A program made the position numbers and the translations under genes. DNA of 64,000 nt from Octopus sinensis (Eukaryota), in assembly GCF_006345805.1 (NCBI RefSeq), contig NC_043016.1, positions 1,240,001 to 1,304,000 on the forward strand, written 5' to 3'. The notes under the pieces are model-generated. The model was not told where the DNA came from and searched no databases. It saw only the letters and a list, made by a program, of their open reading frames with translations. Every line of letters starts with the position of its first letter. The stretch's first letter is position 1. Positions 49,869 to 62,679 of the stretch are shown piece by piece.

Positions 49869-51118
49869 CAGAGGAGGTGCCGAAAAGCTCTTCGCTTTGG
49901 GTGAAAGAATATACATGTGGTTAGTTAATTATGATTTTATTCAATATATTCCCCTCTCAGATTCACACACTGCAGCAGTCCTTAAGTTTTTCTAAGTCTT
50001 AGAAATAAAAAGAACTCGGAAGGATGGGCCTCTAATCAGGCCTCTGTAGCAGCGATCACTGCCGAATCGGTGTGAAATTTCCTTCCTTTGAGATGTTTCT
50101 TCAATAGTGAAAAGAAGGAAGTGGCCAAGTCAGGATAGTAAGGTGGGTGGTTTATGATGCCAAAGTCGTGTATTTTCCGTAGTGTTCCATGAACTGTATG
50201 CGCTGGTGCGTTGTCCTACAAAAACAGACACTACGTCTCAGCTTTTCACGGCGTTACTGCTTCAAAGTTTCACGCAGTTCGTCCAACAGAGGCATATAGT
50301 ATTCTACGTTGACGGTGCGATCCTTTGGCAGGTATTTTATGAAGAGTACTCCGTCTTTTTCCCAGAACACTAAAGCTAGAATCTTTCCACCTGATTTCGG
50401 ACCTCGAAACTGCTTGGCTCCACCCTGCTGATTACTGCTTGGTCCGGGGATCATAATGATGAAGCCAAGTTTCATCTACGGTGACTAACCAATCAGTAAA
50501 ATCAGCCTCTACCGTTGCAAACCGGTCCAAAATTACCTTTGATGTCGCCACACTGATGAGCTTCTGATCTACGTCCAGGCATTTCGGCACCCATTTTGTA
50601 AAAAGCTTTCTCATGACCAGAATGTTGTGGATGATGTGGCTCACTCTTTCGTGGTAAATCACAACAGTGTCAGTTATGACAGTAGCTAAAATCGAAGAAT
50701 ATGATGTGCAATGTGTCGGATGTGTCTTCTGTAGTCACGGAAGTAGGTCGTTCTGACTGAGATTAATTTGTGACCTTGAAATGACCAGTCCGATACCTGG
50801 ACACTTAAATTTTCACTGTGGAGTAAGATGGGCAACGATCCTTCAAGACTCCCTTCATCTCGCCATGCGTTTCCGCCGTTCCTTTGCTTTACAAAAAACG
50901 TAACTCCGTGACCGCCCGTGCTTCAGTTTTACCAAAAGATAATGTAGGAGCTACCATCATGCATTAAATCTGCAAAAGGGTAGGGGAACGATATATTATA
51001 TACCATCATGATGTTTTTGCATATCTTCTAAATAGTTGTAGTACCTCCCGTGTAAAGATAAAAGCTTAACCCTTTCGCGATATCCTTAAAGCCAAGAACT
51101 TTATATCATCCCGTCATA
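49869..51118 (-). mobile_element. Mariner element (~1.25 kb), defective transposase, degenerate TIRs
   Basis: MRKLFTKWVPKCLD, LVTVDETWLHHYDPRTKQ, GKILALVFWEKDGVLFIKYLPK.RTVN.EYY; ends gaggaggtgccgaaaagctcttcgcttt and aaagccaagaactttatatcatcccgtca. Confidence 0.88.
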
Positions 51119-51134
51119 TATATATATATGTATA

Positions 51135-53232
51135 TCTATAAAATAATATGTTACATTTACTCAATAGTCAAGATACAACTCTGAGTTTCAGATGCCGAAG
51201 TGGAAATCCACAACACCATCTCTTCGGTTATCTGGCCATCTGAAAAAACGCTTTGAAAAAATACCGTTATATAAAGGGAAATTACCGTGTTATAATTCTG
51301 CTCGCGAACCCACGTGCGTACTTATACGTCACTATGAAAACGTACACATCTTCACTCGCATTTTTCGCCAAATATATACGCATATATATACAAACTCACA
51401 CACACACACACATGCATACCGTAAAAGTTCATACATACGTGTATATACGCACAAGCACAAGAAAAACCATGGTTAAAGGTAACAGAAAAAAACATAAGGA
51501 AGTATACAAAGCATAAAAACCACGTTCAAATACGGACATGCCCCTATGCACTCATACACACACACGCCCATATATGTACATACCCGCACATATTTATATA
51601 CGCATACATACACACGCATATACAAAAAATGAATATACATATGTCCCCCCCCCCAAATGGAAAAATACTAAGTAAAAACGTCTATATATATATGTGCATT
51701 CTTATGCCCGCACACACGCACACATCTAAAACTGCCCACTCATACATATTCACACACGTGTACAAATGAATCTATATACACATCTATATAGGCACAGGAA
51801 AAAATGCAGGATAGAAAAGTACAGAAAAAATTAATATGTGTGAAAATATAAATATATATATGAAATAATAAAAGGTATAATGAGATAAAAAACTTTTTGG
51901 GTCATAATATAGAAAGCAAGTTCTATCTGTTTTTATAGGGGACCAAAAACGTAACAAAAATTTAGTCACATGTGGGCATGATCCGAAAAGTTCTGTCCTT
52001 GAGTTTAGACATGTAGTAGGGTCTAAGCTGCTTTTCCATGTCGCATAGACCGCACCTTCCGCTGCCGTTGGTGTAGAGCTTACATTTGGCTAAAATCTTC
52101 CAATGGATGTAATAATCGACACCTTTAGCTTTTAAAGACCAAATATGATTAGATAATTTTGTCGCTTTTCTTTTGTTCCAGTGCCTAAAACTCAAGGTGT
52201 GGTTATTGAACCTGGCCTTGAAATTACCCTCTGTAAGGCCCACGTATTTCTTCGTCGAAACGGTGTCTTTAGTGGTTATAGAGTCCACAGTAGCTTCATA
52301 GATGATGGTCTCGGACATGCAAGCTCCATTTAGCGGGCACAATGTTTTATTCCTGCATGAACAGCTGTTTTCTTGTGGTTTTTGTGTGTTATTTGTGATT
52401 ATATTTTTAAAATTGGTAGTAGAACTAAAACTAATTTTTAAATTGTGTTTATTGAAGAGTTTCCTATAAGTATGGTTAACTGGAAAATGTCTATCTATCA
52501 GTGTTAAGAAATATTTACCTATAGTGAAGGTCACCTCGGGTGAGTAAGAGGGTGTAAACCAGATGATCTTCCTATTTCTATTTTTCCTCTTCTTTACTGT
52601 TTGGCTAGTAACAGGTGTATATTTTATTTTTTCGCTAAAACCACTATCTTTTAAAGCCTTATTATAAACTGGGGCAACGCTATTAAAAATGTCCTTATCG
52701 GAGGAGAGGCTAGAAATTCTCTTACTAATATTTTTAACTAAATTTTTGAATACTATAGGGGGATGGCATGAACCTACATTAATATAACTAAGTCTATCAT
52801 TGGGCTTCCTATAAGGCTTATAAATGTTCTCATTTAGATCTAAGGAAACGTCTAAGAAATTGACAATCGTCAGGTTAGTATCTATAGTTATACTAAGTCC
52901 GAAGTATTTCATTAATTGGATAATATCCTTCCTAAAACGATCCTGTGCTGGTCCATTTGTATTAGCGGCTAAAGCGAAGGCATCATCTTTGTAGATGGCG
53001 AAATATACGTCAGGAAATGTCTTACCTAAAGTATCTAGGAGAAAAAATCCAATAAGATCGCAAATGCCTGCTCCATCATATGACCCCATGCTCACATCGA
53101 AAGCACCCTCTGTGTCGGTATTTTTCAGATGGCCAGATAACCGAAGAGATGGTGTTGTGGATTTCCACTTCGGCATCTGAAACTCAGTTTTATCTTGACT
53201 ATTGAGTAAATGTAACATATTATTTTATAGAT
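51135..53232 (-). mobile_element. PLE, 5'-truncated in RT, with ~110-bp inverted pseudo-LTR copies at both ends
   Basis: 51135-51248 is complementary to ~53120-53232; internal RT + GIY-YIG frame; (TA)n on the left flank. Confidence 0.92.
51962..53218 (-). CDS. PLE RT (from motif MGSYDGA) + CxCx5Cx5C linker + GIY-YIG; the first ~33 aa come from the inverted pseudo-LTR
   Basis: FDVSMGSYDGAGICDLIG, IYKDD, VNFLDVSLDL, CSCRNKTLCPLNGAC, IIYEATV..KKYVGLTEGNFKARFNNH, CGLCDME; uninterrupted for ~385 codons. Transposon-encoded. Confidence 0.85.
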   Translation of the reverse strand: MLHLLNSQDKTEFQMPKWKSTTPSLRLSGHLKNTDTEGAFDVSMGSYDGAGICDLIGFFLLDTLGKTFPDVYFAIYKDDAFALAANTNGPAQDRFRKDIIQLMKYFGLSITIDTNLTIVNFLDVSLDLNENIYKPYRKPNDRLSYINVGSCHPPIVFKNLVKNISKRISSLSSDKDIFNSVAPVYNKALKDSGFSEKIKYTPVTSQTVKKRKNRNRKIIWFTPSYSPEVTFTIGKYFLTLIDRHFPVNHTYRKLFNKHNLKISFSSTTNFKNIITNNTQKPQENSCSCRNKTLCPLNGACMSETIIYEATVDSITTKDTVSTKKYVGLTEGNFKARFNNHTLSFRHWNKRKATKLSNHIWSLKAKGVDYYIHWKILAKCKLYTNGSGRCGLCDMEKQLRPYYMSKLKDRTFRIMPTCD

Positions 53233-53293
53233 AAATTTCCTCTATTTACATAATATTGAGTTCTCTTCTTTCTTTGTTATCTTACCGTTTTTA

Positions 53294-53336
<43 letters not shown>

Positions 53337-54164
53337 TATATAATATATATATATATACGATGGGCTTCTTTCAGTTTCCGTCTCCAAATCCACTCAAACT
53401 TTTGGTCGGCCGAGATTATTGTAAAAAACACTTACCCAAGGTGCCACGCAATGGGACTGAACTGGGAACCATGCGTTCAGGAAGCAAGCTTCTTACCACA
53501 CACCCACGCCTGCTCCTGTATGAATATGCTTTAAGACTTGTACGTAATGTCTATGTAAATATATATGCAACAACAATAACAACAGCAACAAAAAGCAAGA
53601 AACGAAAACAAAATGAAGTATAAATAGTTATTTCTGGTTTTGCTTTCCATTTGGCTGTCTTTTATTTCCCTAATTCCAATTCTACAAGTATGATGTGATT
53701 TGAGAGCGACTAAAAAACCGAATTCCCAGAAGGTTATAAAGGACATTTTACAGCGATTGTATCGACAACAAACAGCAGGGAGTGGTCGGCTACGGGCGAA
53801 GTCTGAGTAATTATAATGGCATTCAATGGTGCTACATTGATTATGAACGAAGAAACGGTGACAAGTCGAACACTCTGCTCGGATTAAAATGTTGAAGCAG
53901 AAACCAGGTCTGCGTTGGGCTTGTCATACCATGTAAATAGTGGTGGTTGGGTGGTGGGAAAAAAACTAAAAACTACATTGAACATAATTAGAAAAATAAA
54001 AGAAATACAATATGTAAGTTTAAATGCATTAGTCTTTGTGTCCACACTACAAGGTTTTCTCCTTTTTCTCTCTCTCTCTAATATTACAAAGGTATTTCGA
54101 CGTATACATTTAAAATATGTACTGTCCCTTAATGTATATGCCTCATTATACTTACATACATATA

Positions 54165-54207
<43 letters not shown>

Positions 54208-54282
54208 TATATAAGTGTACATTCTTTTATTTTTTACTTGTTTCGGTCACATAGCTGTGGCCATACTGGAGCATCGCCTATG

Positions 54283-54337
<55 letters not shown>

Positions 54338-54779
54338 CCAATTTAAGCCATTAGACTCCGGTTGCGCCGGGGCTCCGCCTTGAAGAATTTTAGTCGAACA
54401 AATCGACTCCCGTACTTATTTTTGCTTTTTGTGAAGCCCGGTACTTATTCTATCGCTCGCTTTTGCCGAACAGCTAAGTTACAGGAACGTAAATAAACCA
54501 ACACCGGTTGTCAAAATGTGGTGGGAACAAGCACAAACACGCAATCACACACACACACACACACGTATACGTATCCATTCACAAGCTTTCGCTCGGTGCT
54601 GTTGAGTACATCTAAGTTTATATTTACATACACACAAACACACAAACACACACTCACACATACACAGCACACCCGCACGCACATATGTATGTCTGTGTAT
54701 GTGTATATATATAGATATATATTTGCTTACATACACATACACATGCCTCTACACACACGCATACATACACATACACATG

Positions 54780-54829
<50 letters not shown>

Positions 54830-55150
54830 ACTGTGTGTGCGTTTGTGTGTGTGTATGTATGCAAATGTATATATGTATCTATGAAATGTAAATATAAACG
54901 TATATGCACTTAACAGCGCATGTTCATTTGTGTATAATGTGCAAATATATGTGTACATATTGCTAAATATACAAATAGATACATAGCTTCGTTGATTTAT
55001 ATACAAATATACAAATATACACATACAATTTGCACATATGCATATATGCAAATATGTAAGCCTGTATATGTTTGTATGTTCTTGTGTGGCGATACATAAT
55101 GAATGTATGTTTAGTGCAAATTATATATATGTATGCATGCGCGCATATAT

Positions 55151-55220
<70 letters not shown>

Positions 55221-55685
55221 AATAAGTGTTTGTATTGTATGTATAAGTTTATTTCTGTGTGCATATGTAATTGATTTTGTGTTTTGTGTGTGCGAGAGTA
55301 TGTCTCTCGTTTGTGAGTGACTGTGTGTGTGCTTGCGTGTGCGTGTGTGTGCTCTGTACAAGCATAATTTAACTTATTTTGAAGCTCAAACATAATTGTA
55401 AATATATGTGTACGTATGTGATTGTATGTGATGTAAGTCTATATATATGTGTGTGTGTGTGTGTTTGTATACATATACATACATATTTACACACACACAC
55501 ACTCACACACATACACACACTCATATATATAGTCCTGTATGTCCGTGTGTGTATGTTTGTAAAAATATACATTTATACACACTCAGGCATACAAAACAAA
55601 TTAAACTAAAGCATAGATATTGTACAGCATAAAAGTAGTTTTTAAAACCGCCCTTTTTATTTTTACAAAATAGTAAGTCATTTAT

Positions 55686-55995
<310 letters not shown>

Positions 55996-56982
55996 CTGTT
56001 TCGGAATCTTGAATCTCTCCTATTCTAAAAAAAACTATATAGTGCAAAAATAATTTAATATAACAATATAAAACCCCAATTTTGTAATAAAACTTCCACC
56101 ACGATAATGAATATTTCCATTAAAGGCAACTTTTTTAAAGATTATTTTTTTAAAATTTTATTTTTATATATGTTATTTAATTAAAGATTTTTCTTGCCCG
56201 TAACAAAATATTTTAATTTCATTTACAGTTTTAATATTTTCGTTTATAATTTATAAGCTCCAGGGAAACAAACTCCACCAGCATTATCTCAAGTCTTTTA
56301 CCTTCTCATCAGTTTTTATATTTGTTTAAATTCATTTTTATCTGGAAGAGGAATTTCCGCCTTTCATTCTTGTTTTCGTGTGGAATCAATTGTCCCCTCT
56401 TGTTTATTTTTATAGCCGACATGTTTAACCAATAAGGGTCTCAGTCTTGAGCATTGGGCCAAAGGCAAATTAAACCGTGTTGTTGATTCTCTCTTCTTAT
56501 AATTTTCTTCATTTATATCGGCTGAGTATAAAAAGAGCTACAGCAAACAGTTCTCTTTAAATTCTGAACATGTCTGGTGAGGTATTTACTCAATTGGCTA
56601 TTTATACATTATTTACAAATAGCCAGCCGAGATAATAACTTGTGTGTGCGTGTGTGCGTGCGTGCGGATGAGCATGTGTGAGCATACATGAGTATATATC
56701 GGTGTGTATGTATGTGGATTGGTGGGTGTGAATGTGTGTGTATATATTGGTGTGTATATGTGTATAAGTATATATATATATATATATGCTGAGGTGCCAC
56801 CTTGGAAAAATTTTGAGTCGAATGTATTGACTACAGTACTTATTTTCTTAAAGCGTGGTACTTATTCAAACCGCATCTTTCGCCGAACCACTTATTTATG
56901 GGGACGTAAACGCAGCAGCAATTGTTGTCGAGTGGTGGCGGGGAGGGAAAAACACTGAATCAAAGACAAACGCCCACATAAA

Positions 56983-57300
56983 TACGTAGTCTGATCAACA
57001 TGAATTTGGGCTGTTACGATAGTAACGAAGCTAACGCGCACAAAGTAAAATCACTTGGTACAGATTGACCTTGTGCGTGCGCACTAAGTTTTACAGTTCT
57101 ACCTCACTTCCAGTTTTTACAGCAACTGCTTGGAAGGAATGTGTGTAGCGTGTGATCGTCGCATTGACCACGACAGTGAAATTTGAGCAGAAAATCTGGA
57201 TCAAATTTTGCCAAATGCTTGGCGATAGCTGCTCAGAGGCATATGCAAAGTTTTCAAAAAGTTTTCATTGTTCTCGACACAATCAAGAACTTGGGCAAGT
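56983..57300 (+). mobile_element. Mariner-like 5' fragment
   Basis: KFEQKIWIKFCQMLGDSCSEAYAKF resembles the mariner N-terminal EQR..IKFC..LG....E helix; starts tacgtagtctgatcaa. Confidence 0.5.
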
Positions 57301-57713
57301 GAAACTCGACTGTCTTTTTAGTCAGCTGAAAGCAGTTTTAGCAGAAACTTAGTAGACATGCGTCTCATGACAACTTTCTCAGTCATGGTCAATGCGACGA
57401 TCACACGCTACACACCTTTCTTCCTAGCACACATACACACATATATACACAAAAGAAAACTGAAACACATGACCTTATACACACACGCACACTTCACACA
57501 GAAGGACACATATGGAGACACACAGCCATACATAACATAACAGACACACGTATATAGTGACACAAACCCATTCACATAGACACATCAAGGATGTACACAC
57601 AACGAGACAGATACATAGATAAATATAAAGATAGATAGATAGATAGATTCAGATGGATATAGATGTGTGAGGGCATGAAATACATATACTGGCAAACACG
57701 TATATAGATGTGC

Positions 57714-57768
<55 letters not shown>

Positions 57769-57809
57769 ATGTTACATACGTATATAAACATGTATTATAT
57801 AATAATTAC

Positions 57810-57847
<38 letters not shown>

Positions 57848-57856
57848 TTATATATA

Positions 57857-57922
<66 letters not shown>

Positions 57923-57925
<3 letters not shown>

Positions 57926-58104
57926 CATGCCTCTATGGGTACATGACATCACCAACGGTGCAAATAACATGAAATAAGTAAACAAACGAGGGAAAAACGA
58001 GTAAAATACGTAAACAGCGAGGGAAAAAGTGGAAAACACGACAAGTAAACACAGAGAAGGGACACTACATCAGTTGTCGGCTATCTACTCCTCATCTCGG
58101 GCAT

Positions 58105-58136
<32 letters not shown>

Positions 58137-58458
58137 TGTATGTATGTATGTATGTATGTATGTATGTATGTATGTATGTGTGTGTGTATGTATGTATGTA
58201 TGACCCTCCACAGATCCTAAATTTTACATTAAAATTTATGGGAACAACTGCCTTTCAAAACTCACATTGTCGTTTAATGCCCGAGATGAGGAGTAGATAG
58301 CCGACAACTGATGTAGTGTCCCTTCTCTGTGTTTACTTGTCGTGTTTTCCACTTTTTCCTCGCTGTTTACGTAGTTTACTCGTTTTTCCCTCGTTTGTTT
58401 ACGTATTTCATGTTATTTGCAACCGTTGGTGATGTCATGTACCCATAGAGGCATGTTC
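57923..58458. repeat. 536-bp foldback element: 184-bp near-perfect inverted arms around (TATG)n plus a short unique spacer, inside (TA)n
   Basis: 57923-58106 is complementary to 58275-58458 with only a few differences. Confidence 0.9.
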
Positions 58459-58467
58459 ATATATATA

Positions 58468-58514
<47 letters not shown>

Positions 58515-58517
<3 letters not shown>

Positions 58518-61015
58518 CAATCTAACTCACAATGAACTACCAGCAGCAAACCAAATAAATATACTTTCCAAAGGACTCAAGTTTACAACCACCCCTCAAC
58601 ACCCCAACTACAATGAAATGAAAGAAGACATCGCAGAATTCTGCAGAAAATTACAATTTACTGAGGAGCTATATGACAAATAGAACGAGGACGAATCGTT
58701 GGTCAGAAATAAGAGTAACTACACCCCCTCAAAAGGTAAGAACAAAACACTTGATCATTTCTGTGACCACATATCAAATTACCCATATCAACATATACAC
58801 AAACAAAAAACACAAACCAAACTTCAGCAAAAAAGAATGGGCTGAGTTGAACAAATTAAAACAAGACACAACAATAACAATCAGAGGCCGATAAAGGCAG
58901 TGCAGTTGTCTTAATGGACACGACATTTTACATAATTTTAGTACTATCTATGCTGGAAGACACAACATATTATGAAAAGGCACAAAACTACAGTAAAAAA
59001 AAAAATAATGAGGGAACTAAAATCCATGTTAAACCCATACAAAGAAGGGCTCGCCGACAAAGAATATGACTATATGACCAATTTCACAAGTAAAACCAGC
59101 CAATTCTACGGTATACCTAAGATACACAAAAGTGAGAAAATAAGTAACGCATGCAAGATAGCTACAGACAAAATAATTAAAGTCCCTAATCCTAATGACC
59201 TCAAATTGAAACCCATAATAGCAGGTCCCGCATGCGAAACCCATCGCCTCAGTAACTTTTTAGACACCCTGTTAAAACCACTCCTCAAACATGTCAAAAG
59301 CTATATAAGGAACGACTTGGATATGCTCAATCACCTACCTAATACTATAAACAAAAACACCCTACTAGTATCCTTCGATGTAGTCAACCTCTACTCCAAT
59401 ATCCCCCACAACCTAGGAATAGAGGGAATTCAATTCTGGCTAGAGAATCACGCCAACGAACTCCCATATCGCATCAAAAAAGAATTTGTGATAGAAGGTC
59501 TAAAATTCATCCTGGAAAATAACTTCTTCGCCTTCAAAGACAACTTCTACCGACAAAAATCGGGGACTGCGATGGGTACACGAATGGCCCCCTCCTTTGC
59601 CAACCTAGTCATGGGCTCTAGAAATCAGTCTGTTTCGTAAGGTTCTAGAAAGATAAGGCAGCCCTTTCTCCATACATAGAAAACAACTAGAAGAGAGTAT
59701 CTAGATGTTTCTTTGGCAGGAAAATATAGAGAAACTCAAAGAATTCCAAGCAATTTTAAATGGACTGGACGTAAACATCCAATTCCCGATGGAATATAGC
59801 CAGCAACAACTCCCCTTCCTTGATATCCTCATTAAGAAAGCTAATAATGTAATAGAAACAGATATATACTATAAGCCTACAGATTTTAAGCAATATCTTC
59901 CATTCAATTCATGCCACCCCAGACACACCAGAATGAATATCCCCTTCAATCTAGCAAAAAGGATATGTACCATAGTTTCTAATGCAAACACCAGAGACAC
60001 ACGACTACAAGAACTAAAAGATACCCTCATCACCAGGAACTACCCACCTTCACTTATTGACATATGCATTCAATAGCTACAGACAATATAATCAACATCC
60101 AGGAACTGAGACATCCCAAATCAAAGAAAAATTTACGACCAAAAGCCTTACCATACATTTCTACACACAACCCTCTCAACAATGAAGCCTTCGACACTAT
60201 CCTCCAAAACATACCCCTCCTAAAAAAAGACCACAGAATGAACACAATCCTCCAAACACACACGATCATAAAAAGCAAGGGACAGCCTAAATCTATGAAA
60301 AGTCTCCTAACACAAGCCCGAATACACTCTTCAACACAGAAGCCGACAGTAAAAAATGTGGAAGACCCAATTGCGGGATATGCGAGTATCTAATTGAGGG
60401 ATCAGAGTTCTCTTTCAAACAGGGACAACGGTTTACAGTGAAAAGCAACTTCACATGTGCTTCGGAGAACCTGATATACACAGTAACCTGCTCTGGGTGT
60501 CAAGAGCAGTACATAGGCCAAACAAAAATAGATTGCGTAAAAGAATGGCCCTGCAGAGATCCCAGATAAAAATTTCCCAAAACAGAAAAATAGCATTCAG
60601 CCAACACATAGATACTTGCGCCAGCAACAAAACACCAAGCTTCAGGATTTTCCCCCTCTACCAATTCAGGGACGATACAACCTCGAGACAACGAATAAGT
60701 AAAGAAGCTCTCTTTATTACAAAATACAGGCCACTTCTTAACGGGTTTACGACAAACGATATATACACCTCAGCTTTAGAATAACACAAATACTCACGCC
60801 AATATTACATTCCAAAGAATCCGTTAAAAATCGGTCCCAATCACAGCTGTAACCCATAACGTGCCAACTTCAAGTCATACAACACCTCACTACTTCCACT
60901 CATTCATATTCTCCCTTCTCTTTCCTCTTCTTCCTCTTCTTCATCATCATCATTATCATCATCATCATCATCGTCATCATCATCATCACCATCATCATCA
61001 TCATCCTCTTTCCCA

Positions 61016-61046
<31 letters not shown>

Positions 61047-61197
61047 ATTCTTCATCATCATCAACATCGTCATCATCATCATCATCTTCTTCTTCTTCTT
61101 CATCATCATCAACATCGTCATCATCATCATCATCTTCTTCTTCTTCTTCATCATCATCAACATCGTCATCATCATCATCATCTTATTCTTCTTCTTC

Positions 61198-61232
<35 letters not shown>

Positions 61233-61804
61233 TATCTTCTTCTTCTTCTTCTTCTTCTGCTCCATCTTCTACTTCTTAACTTTATCATTAATGCCTTTTA
61301 GTATAACACCTACGCAAATTCTATAAACAAACCTTTCAATAGGAATATTCTCATGAATTGAACTGCAACTGTAGCCGCCACGACCATTCAAAATACGACA
61401 ATAAAGGGCACTCCCAAATTTTCCACCCTTCTCCTCATCATCATCCTTCTTTTCTTCTTCTTCTTCTTCTTCTTCTTCTTCTTCTTCTTCTTCTTCTTCT
61501 TCTTCTTTTCTTCTTTCTTCTTCTTCTTCTTCTTCTTCTTCTTCTTCTTCTTCTACCCTACCAAGGATTCACAACGACCTCGAACCCATAAGTGTAAACA
61601 AGAGAGACAGAGAAAGGCAGAAAACAAAAATGCCACTTTATTTGAAGACCATACAAATATTCCTTAAAAAAAACTTTTCTTTTTAATTTTTCTCAATTTA
61701 ATTTTTAATCGTTTCAGTTGAAAAGGTCTCAAAATTACCGAAACCGGTACTGAAATGTTCTTTATAAAATTATTTTAGCATTTTCTACCTTGACTTGTTT
61801 TTTC
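58515..61804 (+). mobile_element. Large PLE (Neptune-like): RT, Cys-rich linker, GIY-YIG, microsatellite-rich 3' UTR and pseudo-LTR; frameshifted
   Basis: LSKGLKF, (A)DKGSAVV, FYGIPKIHK, LVSFDVVNLYSNIP, GTAMGTRMAPSFANL, YLD(D), LPFLDI, YYKPTD, CHPRH, CGRPNCGIC, NLIYTVTCSGCQEQYIGQT..RLRKRM, EALFITKYRPLLN. Confidence 0.92.
61712..61755 (+). ncRNA. Minimal type-I hammerhead ribozyme, U3:A8 variant, palindromic stem III
   Basis: tttcag-TTGAAAA-ggt/ctcaaaatt/acc-GAAA-CCGG-TA-ctgaaa; perfect 6-bp stem I, ACCGGT palindrome, GUA site. Confidence 0.75.
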
Positions 61805-61835
<31 letters not shown>

Positions 61836-61838
61836 ATA

Positions 61839-61882
<44 letters not shown>

Positions 61883-61889
<7 letters not shown>

Positions 61890-62581
61890 TATTAAAATTA
61901 CTAAGTCTCTCTAAAGGAGATTACGGCAGCGTTACTGGATATTAATAATTATCGCCATACTAATATGCCAGTCTATAAACATAAGACTTAAGCTGTCACT
62001 GATTAGCTCCAAGAGGCCATTGCCTCTAGCTAGCTATATGACACACGAACTTGCGTCCATTACAACCTTCGAACAGGAGAGGTCAGCCGCTTCACCTTGC
62101 TAGTCAGACATCTGCAGACATGTTTCAGGGTTGTTGCCCTTTATCAATGCAGCGTAGTCAGAAGCAGCAGGTGTCGCTACTGACCGTCTGTTCGAAGATT
62201 TTATTTACCTAGTTACAGTGGAATAATCCACTTGTTTTCAATAATAGAAATATTAAAATTACTAAGTCTCTCATCATCATCATCTTCGAACATGGGAGGT
62301 CAGCCGCTTCACATCTTGCTAGTTAGACATCTGCAGACATGTTTCAGGGTTGTTGACCTTATCAATGCAGCGTAGATAAAGGGCAACAACCCTGAAACAT
62401 GTCTGCAGATGTCTGACTAGCAAGGTGAAGCGGCTGACCTCCCCTGTTCGAAGGTTGTAATGGACGAGGTTCGTGTGTCAATAGCTAACTAGAGGCGATG
62501 GCCTCTTGAAGCTAATCAGCGACAGCTTTAGTCTTATGTTTATAGACTGCCATATTAGTATGGCGATAACTATTATCTATA

Positions 62582-62583
<2 letters not shown>
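61883..62583. repeat. (TA)n-flanked unit with direct and inverted internal repeats (PLE pseudo-LTR-like architecture)
   Basis: ~61945-62135 is inverted at ~62376-62580 and partly repeated directly at ~62284-62375; atagaaatattaaaattactaagtctctc occurs at ~61883 and ~62245. Confidence 0.78.
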
Positions 62584-62612
<29 letters not shown>

Positions 62613-62613
62613 A

Positions 62614-62668
<55 letters not shown>

Positions 62669-62679
62669 CATCGATTCTG

